A stretch of DNA of 64,000 nucleotides from Anaerolineae bacterium. Lineage in GTDB: Bacteria > Chloroflexota > Anaerolineae > UBA1429. The stretch spans positions 1,184,001-1,248,000 of the forward strand of contig OY776562.1 of NCBI GenBank assembly GCA_963675785.1. Reading direction: 5' to 3'. This document shows positions 60,201 to 64,000 of the stretch, one piece after another. The translations under genes were made by a program, and so were the position numbers. A model generated the notes under the pieces. The model saw only the letters and a program-made list of their open reading frames with translations, ran no database searches and had not been told where the DNA came from. How positions within the stretch are numbered: position 1 is the stretch's first letter; every line of letters begins with the position of its first letter.

Positions 60201-62156
60201 GGCGATAGCAACATCCAAACTCCCATCGCCATCCATATCTCCGAAAGACGCTTCTTGAGGACCAAAACCGCTGGACAGATAGGATGTAGAGTAAGATGCG
60301 TTGAAAACGGCACTACGATTTAAATAGGCACGGCTAGCTACGGTACCGCTGCCTGCTCCAAAGAGTAGATCTACGTCTTCATCGCCATCAACATCTCCCC
60401 AAGCAACACTGCTCAACGCCGTAGTACCGAGTCCCGTCACCTTGGTGAGTTCAGTAGTCAGCATGGCTACAGCCGAACTGAAGGTCATACTAGCGCCATC
60501 ACGATTTGTCATGGCAATATCGAGATCTCCATCACCATCCGCATCGGCGGCCTCAAGAGACCAGATTTGACCTTGCACCGCCGAGCTGGGCAAGGTCATG
60601 ATCTCGTTCCAATCCGTTCCGTCAAAGCCGTAGACGCGAGGAGGTTGGTCAGCCAGGATGAGATCGAGCATGCCATCGCCATCCATATCGCCCCAATCGA
60701 GGGCTAATGGCGTTCGGAACACATTTGTGCGAATTTCGTACGCTTCCGTCAGCGAACCATTGGCAGAGGCATGATAGATACGTGCACAACGTTCGAGAGG
60801 ATATGCCGCAGCCAGGTCCAAGAGACCATCGGCGTCATAGTCGCCCCAGGCAAAATCATAGGGGAGAAATTGTGGCGTGGTATCGTAAGATCCCCATGTA
60901 AATTGATCCAAGGTCGATCCCAAAAAGGTCAGCATATAGTTGGGGAATAGACCCAAGGCCAGATCCAAGTCACCATCCTGATTTAGGTCGTAGGAACTAA
61001 GTGCAGCTGTGGCATATGACCAATCCGTGCTGTAGTACTGCAGCGGCGTAGATCCTCCATCAAACCAGTGTTCAGCCACTCCCGAGTTTTTATAAACCAG
61101 TATGGGATCATCTGCATTTACTGCATTTGTAGAGACGATCAAGTCCTGATCGCCATCCTCGTCATAGTCTCCCGGGGCAACACGGACGAGCTGCAAATCC
61201 GAAGCGAACGAAATAGAACGGAACGTTTCGCCATCCGGAATGTAGATATAGTTAGAACCTGCCGTACTGGGTGTGCCATCAGCAGATTCGCCCACGGCGA
61301 CTAATGCCAGGGTGCCATCCTGCATCAGGTCAAACCAGGCAACGCCAAAGGTTAATAGCTCGTTGTTCCATACGGGGATGAGGTCGCCGTCATCATTGCG
61401 ATAGATATAGGTACCCACGGTCGAAGCAATGGCCATGTCCTGGTCACCGTCACCGTCATAGTCACCCCAGTCAAGCGTCAAGCTGCCACCCAGGTCATCT
61501 GAGAGCCAGGTAGGAGCCGATGAAAAGGACGCTTCGCCGTCTTCTTCATACGAGACATTGACAATAGTCCTGATCTTGTTGCTCATGCCCGAGTTACGTT
61601 CGCCATCTTGCGTGTACTCGATAAAAGCCACGTTGGTCAAAACTGTGCCATCCGTCTGACCAACGATTCTTCCAGAAAAAGTGGTTGTGACAGAAGAATT
61701 CGGCGCCACTTCTGTCAATTCCCAACGTATTTGTCGAGTACGCGTCACGGTGATGCTCTCGCCCAAAGGATCGGGGACAGTCTGAGACTCGTAATCAGCT
61801 TCACACTCTGGCGGCAGAACAAAGTCCTCTAGCGCATCCTCAGGCAGTAGGTCAATCACTGTGACATCAATCAAGGGAATATCAGTGCTGTTTGAAATAG
61901 TCAAAGTATAGGTGATGGCTTCACCGTTGATGGCAGAAGTGCTGCTGCCAGTCGTGCTGACAGCAGTTTTGATCAGAGTGACTTGATCGTCAGCTTGTAT
62001 GGACACATCATTTGTCAACAGCGTCTCTGCCCAATCGGGTAGCTCAGCTGTTGAATCAGCCGAAACTTGCCACGGCGAGACAACGAAAGTCAAGCCCATA
62101 AGGAGCAAGCCCAGGCTAATGGGCAAAAGCATGTGGCGAGCTCGCAATACAGTCAT
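54222..62156 (-). CDS. Giant secreted surface protein (2644 aa): DUF11, FG-GAP repeats, PKD, TolB-like propeller, cadherin repeats
   Basis: Signal peptide; many 'WGDxDxDGDxDL' repeats; 'WDFGDG'; 'NADxxxEIF'; six cadherin-like units with DYE/NYE/DFE. ATG at 62156 after GGGAG. Confidence 0.9.
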   Translation of the reverse strand: MTVLRARHMLLPISLGLLLMGLTFVVSPWQVSADSTAELPDWAETLLTNDVSIQADDQVTLIKTAVSTTGSSTSAINGEAITYTLTISNSTDIPLIDVTVIDLLPEDALEDFVLPPECEADYESQTVPDPLGESITVTRTRQIRWELTEVAPNSSVTTTFSGRIVGQTDGTVLTNVAFIEYTQDGERNSGMSNKIRTIVNVSYEEDGEASFSSAPTWLSDDLGGSLTLDWGDYDGDGDQDMAIASTVGTYIYRNDDGDLIPVWNNELLTFGVAWFDLMQDGTLALVAVGESADGTPSTAGSNYIYIPDGETFRSISFASDLQLVRVAPGDYDEDGDQDLIVSTNAVNADDPILVYKNSGVAEHWFDGGSTPLQYYSTDWSYATAALSSYDLNQDGDLDLALGLFPNYMLTFLGSTLDQFTWGSYDTTPQFLPYDFAWGDYDADGLLDLAAAYPLERCARIYHASANGSLTEAYEIRTNVFRTPLALDWGDMDGDGMLDLILADQPPRVYGFDGTDWNEIMTLPSSAVQGQIWSLEAADADGDGDLDIAMTNRDGASMTFSSAVAMLTTELTKVTGLGTTALSSVAWGDVDGDEDVDLLFGAGSGTVASRAYLNRSAVFNASYSTSYLSSGFGPQEASFGDMDGDGSLDVAIALGTRSGVQVYIRELDSLPDWEMSSAGSASKSCAWVDFDMDGWLDLSVANKGANAVYLNDEGMLQDSAFWTSEETDDSRALAWADIDGDLDLDLAVANYNQPNRVYRNDGTGMTLIWSSTFISSTTSVAWIDVDADGDMDLSFGNYGQANTIYLNIDGELEAAPSWVSEDTANTVSIAWGDCNNDSYPDLAVGNSGEGDQVYLNNGTQADSEPRLHWAWTSPAYGTTDLAWGDVDEDGDLDLAVSASDGNSGYYENNYIVPAHMATGYEAGMTLPNNSTYVAVEKPGTTDSAYGMTSSEVLSGPDDPEVTIHYTVYDPDGSRRPDLESDAVGDLILSTTFEFSLDDGGTWQIATPATSSPEPITTTSRLGQEGTFLWDAVADEAISDQALFRVTVVSDNSEGTNRSSVSGTSPSFRVRGVTEVWPEDPSITIEQTEFSVGTAISFEGSVGHGTGVLSFIWDFGDGSTDQGQTVEHTYTENGVYVVTLTVQSEATPVVREVSTFYTISFGSSVNDGLTVDIPLVVNGQGESTENIDLASSIQSAESTVSLATQSQNVAQVAAAPLWVEQQNLNLAVESILVENSDISINSVGDVITVTVGTPYAMTTSYVAAYWGVGANTSLNYDGTKLAFWSTINPTNRNSDGSIEVYSAKKSGTSWTLSQVSESAGSVLGGFNLSPVESADGSSLAFFSDRDLVGENADANFEIFTWSAGILTQRTHTTGGVNMQPSLNEDGTLVAFLSDRQLVEGQKVAEGVQDVFLLDTTTGEIRRLSTSVAGVVNDGPVLSSDGQKLAVVSTGNWDTSVGNADHSAEIFVCDIASGTWTQVTNITTPDSSIAVHGVQIDASGEHLAFLSGNSIVLASWQGSQYSLSVIEATGGSEYSEVRICADGLRVAFIENDNNLYVYDTAGNVLTNIYKSSLNVHDLALSGEGTVVAFYVDRYLYSGIVPRVDVSVEATAIPDPFVPGLSAGYEVILGNVGPSIASGTELKFNIPTCLLDASWEYVVGSTVYTGTTYAFDQDFDLAAGQSVTVYVTGDLATSQTVTVTMPITATVSSAVIDSLPPNEILTIETAIDGQADLRGRINASATRVNEDEDVVFTLTVNNLGPGDAPNAIAELDVPDGLTISDYVADQGTFADDVWELGTLLVGQSVEIEIKASPDEGTGGTDLEFAIGSLSSDFRDTDLTNNLDSATIAVNDPPDAVADSYTVDEGETLSITKTSEGVLANDYDSEGDALTVVTTPVTDTLHGDLTLYANGTFTYVHDGSETTSDRFYYRVVDALGASAIARVSITVTPVNDAPTALDLSSTDVDENMPIGSPVGSFLATDVDSDTFTYSLESTPGDGDADNNKFTIDGNILRTAAVFDYETKSSYNIHVAVDDLDGGTFERNFVITVVDINDYPTAVTLSSSTINENVAIGTAVGTLDLTDVDGPTPYSFVLVSGTGSGDNAKFSIDGDSLETAVAINYEAQSSFSIRVRGSDADGGTVEQAFTITALDQNDPPTAIALSNSSIAENEPSGTLVGTLSATDQDAGETFTFSLVSGTGDDDNAEFQVASGNQLKTAAILDYEAGATRSIRVRVVDSDGDFYERAFTIQVTDTNDAPTAINLDPSSVAENQPSDTIVGALSADDIDDETFTYALVAGTGDTNNASFQISGSNLLTAASFNYEVKSSYSIRVRVTDSASNTFEQALQVTITNVNEAPTAIALSATTVAESATVGTVVGTLSTTDPDTNDTHTYTITASAAAQAAFTIVGNELRVAAALDYETTPSYSLTVRSTDSGGLTTTHTWTITVTDANDAPTAIALSATTVAENATVGTVVGTLSTTDQDAGDAHTYTITAGAAAQAAFTIVGNELRVNAALDFETTPSYSITIRSTDNGTPSQSTTETWTITVTNVNEAPTAIALTNTSIAEDAAIGTVVGTLSTTDQDAGDTHIYTITGTAAAQAAFTIVGNELRVNAALDFETTPSYSLTVQSTDTGELSTTHTWTITITDVAE
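54232..55125. repeat. Three tandem ~300-bp cadherin-domain repeats
   Basis: Identical 44-mer at 54322-54365 and 54622-54665; 'AAAQAAFTIVGNELRV' occurs three times. Confidence 0.88.
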
Positions 62157-62175
62157 ATCTACTCCCATAAGTGGA

Positions 62176-64000
62176 TCAAGGACAGCTCGGGCTATACCAG
62201 CTCGTTGTGCTGGCCCCTGTCTCTTTTTCTGTCTCAGTGACAATATCGTCATAGACTGCAACCACATAATACGCCGTGTCGCAAGGGCTGGCTTCTTCAT
62301 CAGTCCAACCTGTAGCACTCGGATCGTATTCGGTCCAAACAGCTATAAAGATACCGTCTGTGGCTAAATTGGCACGATAGATGCGGAACCCGGTGATACC
62401 AGCTCGGTCTGTAGTGCGATACGACCAACTCAGCACTGCCTGGCTGTCCACTACCTTCCCCGTTACGTTAAAGGGTGCTGGAGGTGGATCTGGAGCTTCG
62501 ACATTAAAGCGCAGATATGATTTGGTAGAGACGCCGCTGGCATTGGTTGCCGTAAGAGTCAATGTGGTAGACTTGACCACTGCATTAGGAATCTCGAACG
62601 TGCTGGAGGCAGGTTGTGGCCCATAACCCTCTAGCTCAACTGTCTCTGCATTTGCAGCGTCCCAACTGAGTTCGACCATGGCCCCCGCTTCTATAGTATA
62701 AGCATATATGGGGCCGCTCGATGTAGATGTAGTTCCACTAAATGTTACTTTGCTAGCGTCAGCATCAATTCCCGCTGCCTTGAAAAAGCTGATGATTGCA
62801 GGTAAAGGCGTAGGTGTAGCAGTCGCAGTTGGTTCGGGTGTGGGGGTTGGGTCTTCACCGCCTACTTCCAATGGCGTACTGGCACTGAGGTCGCCATTCT
62901 TGGCCGTGAGCACAAAGAGTGTCACATCACTCACCGTCATTGTAATGCTATCTGTTGCTGAAAGACCGGTCAGCGTGGCCGATGGCGACGTAATTTGGAT
63001 GTCTGTTGTAGCGCCTGTTACCGACCAGGTCAGCATAATCTCGGTCGCATCACCTTTGACGAGCTCATTAGGAGTTGCTGCAAACAGCTCAATGACCGGG
63101 GCTACAGGAACAGGTGTGGCTGTAGGCGCAGGATTTACGATAATTTCGCGCAACAGTGATTCGGCGCTGGCCTGGGTACCGTCTGGTCCAGTGAATGTGG
63201 CCGAAAGTCGGTACGTCGTTAAGGCCTGAGGCTGAGCGCTCATCTGGCCCTTGAGCGGCAATCCTGTGCCAAGCGGATCAATATCGACTGAATCTGCCCC
63301 CTCGACTTCCCAGACGATCGTTATAGTGTCACCTTGGGTAATCTCAAGAGGCGACACATCAAACTGTACGATAACTGGTTCCGGAACCTCAACAGTGATC
63401 TGCAGAGGTTTGCGCACCTCTTCATCCCAAGAGGGGTTAGTAGCCACGAGCTCGATGGTACTCGTACGATCGAGCGTTAGTTCGCGCGTTCCGCGAGATA
63501 GCTCATCGCCCTGCAAACTTTCTTCGGAGCCGTTCACAATCAATGAGAGTGTATCCGCGTCCTGTACTACCCAGCGAATGGACACAGTTTCACCCAAAGA
63601 GACTGTAGCGGGAGCCGCCTCAAAGATTTGTACATCGGGCTGCACGGGGGTTATGTAAACAGGAATTTCGCTGCTAAAAGTAGACAGCGACGGCACCATG
63701 CTAGAAACGAACGATTCTACACGCAGGCGATAGCGTCCATTGCTGATAGGTACAGTTTTGAGCTGACCATTAATTGCCTCAAAATCGGCAGGCCCAAGGA
63801 CAGTCTGCCAGTCATCATTTTCACCCTTGAATTCCAAATAGAGATTGACTGCAAATCCAGCCAAGCGATTGATCGGATTGACAGAACTCAAACCACTAAA
63901 GCGATTGGCATCATAAGTCAATTCAACGGCTTCTTCTGGTAGCACAGAAGCTTCAGCAATCGTCAAGATTGGCGTAGGGGTGGGGCGTAAATAGTAGATC
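62176..64000 (-). CDS. Ig-like repeat protein with Pro/Thr linkers and a C-terminal FN3-like domain (5' truncated)
   Basis: Repeated 'I..F.A.P..I..G....L.W' units; 'LSW...GFRIYR...YYVVA'; the frame is open to the window edge. Confidence 0.78.
   Translation of the reverse strand, partial: IYYLRPTPTPILTIAEASVLPEEAVELTYDANRFSGLSSVNPINRLAGFAVNLYLEFKGENDDWQTVLGPADFEAINGQLKTVPISNGRYRLRVESFVSSMVPSLSTFSSEIPVYITPVQPDVQIFEAAPATVSLGETVSIRWVVQDADTLSLIVNGSEESLQGDELSRGTRELTLDRTSTIELVATNPSWDEEVRKPLQITVEVPEPVIVQFDVSPLEITQGDTITIVWEVEGADSVDIDPLGTGLPLKGQMSAQPQALTTYRLSATFTGPDGTQASAESLLREIIVNPAPTATPVPVAPVIELFAATPNELVKGDATEIMLTWSVTGATTDIQITSPSATLTGLSATDSITMTVSDVTLFVLTAKNGDLSASTPLEVGGEDPTPTPEPTATATPTPLPAIISFFKAAGIDADASKVTFSGTTSTSSGPIYAYTIEAGAMVELSWDAANAETVELEGYGPQPASSTFEIPNAVVKSTTLTLTATNASGVSTKSYLRFNVEAPDPPPAPFNVTGKVVDSQAVLSWSYRTTDRAGITGFRIYRANLATDGIFIAVWTEYDPSATGWTDEEASPCDTAYYVVAVYDDIVTETEKETGASTTSWYSPSCP

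Noticed and set aside
3338-63942. Numerous antisense or overlapping ORFs (e.g. 3338-4183, 10020-10748, 26582-27271, 38290-38937, 54678-55535)
   Set aside because: Shadow frames of well-supported genes, with no recognisable motifs.

Overview
Chromosomal, mostly housekeeping and metabolic window. It probably comes from a Chloroflexota (Anaerolineae-like) bacterium; this is an inference from the C-terminal 'YLPLV' motif, the LysW-like zinc ribbon and the gene repertoire. It encodes two UvrD/RecB-type helicase-nuclease modules (one AddAB-like), a Xer-family tyrosine recombinase, smpB and tmRNA, CtpA, MTA phosphorylase, a CarD paralogue, sugar and acid catabolic enzymes, glycosyltransferases, several acidic lipoproteins and a 2644-aa FG-GAP/PKD/cadherin surface protein. 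I saw no CRISPR array, transposase, phage genes, rRNA or tRNA. The main observations the ORF track does not explain are: (1) an unannotated ~216-nt structured RNA candidate on the minus strand (30543-30758) with its own promoter and terminator; (2) a dif-like 28-bp site over the recombinase promoter, with a second partial site sharing the same spacer; (3) a peroxiredoxin-like selenoprotein split at an in-frame TGA with a SECIS-like hairpin; (4) four intact but apparently catalytically dead proteins (kinase, subtilase, glycosyltransferase, receiver domain); (5) an atypical OmpR regulator next to a LysW-like protein, with tandem operator-like repeats between them; (6) two gene remnants (flavodoxin, Rieske oxygenase). 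All family calls are by motif recognition only; no searches were run.
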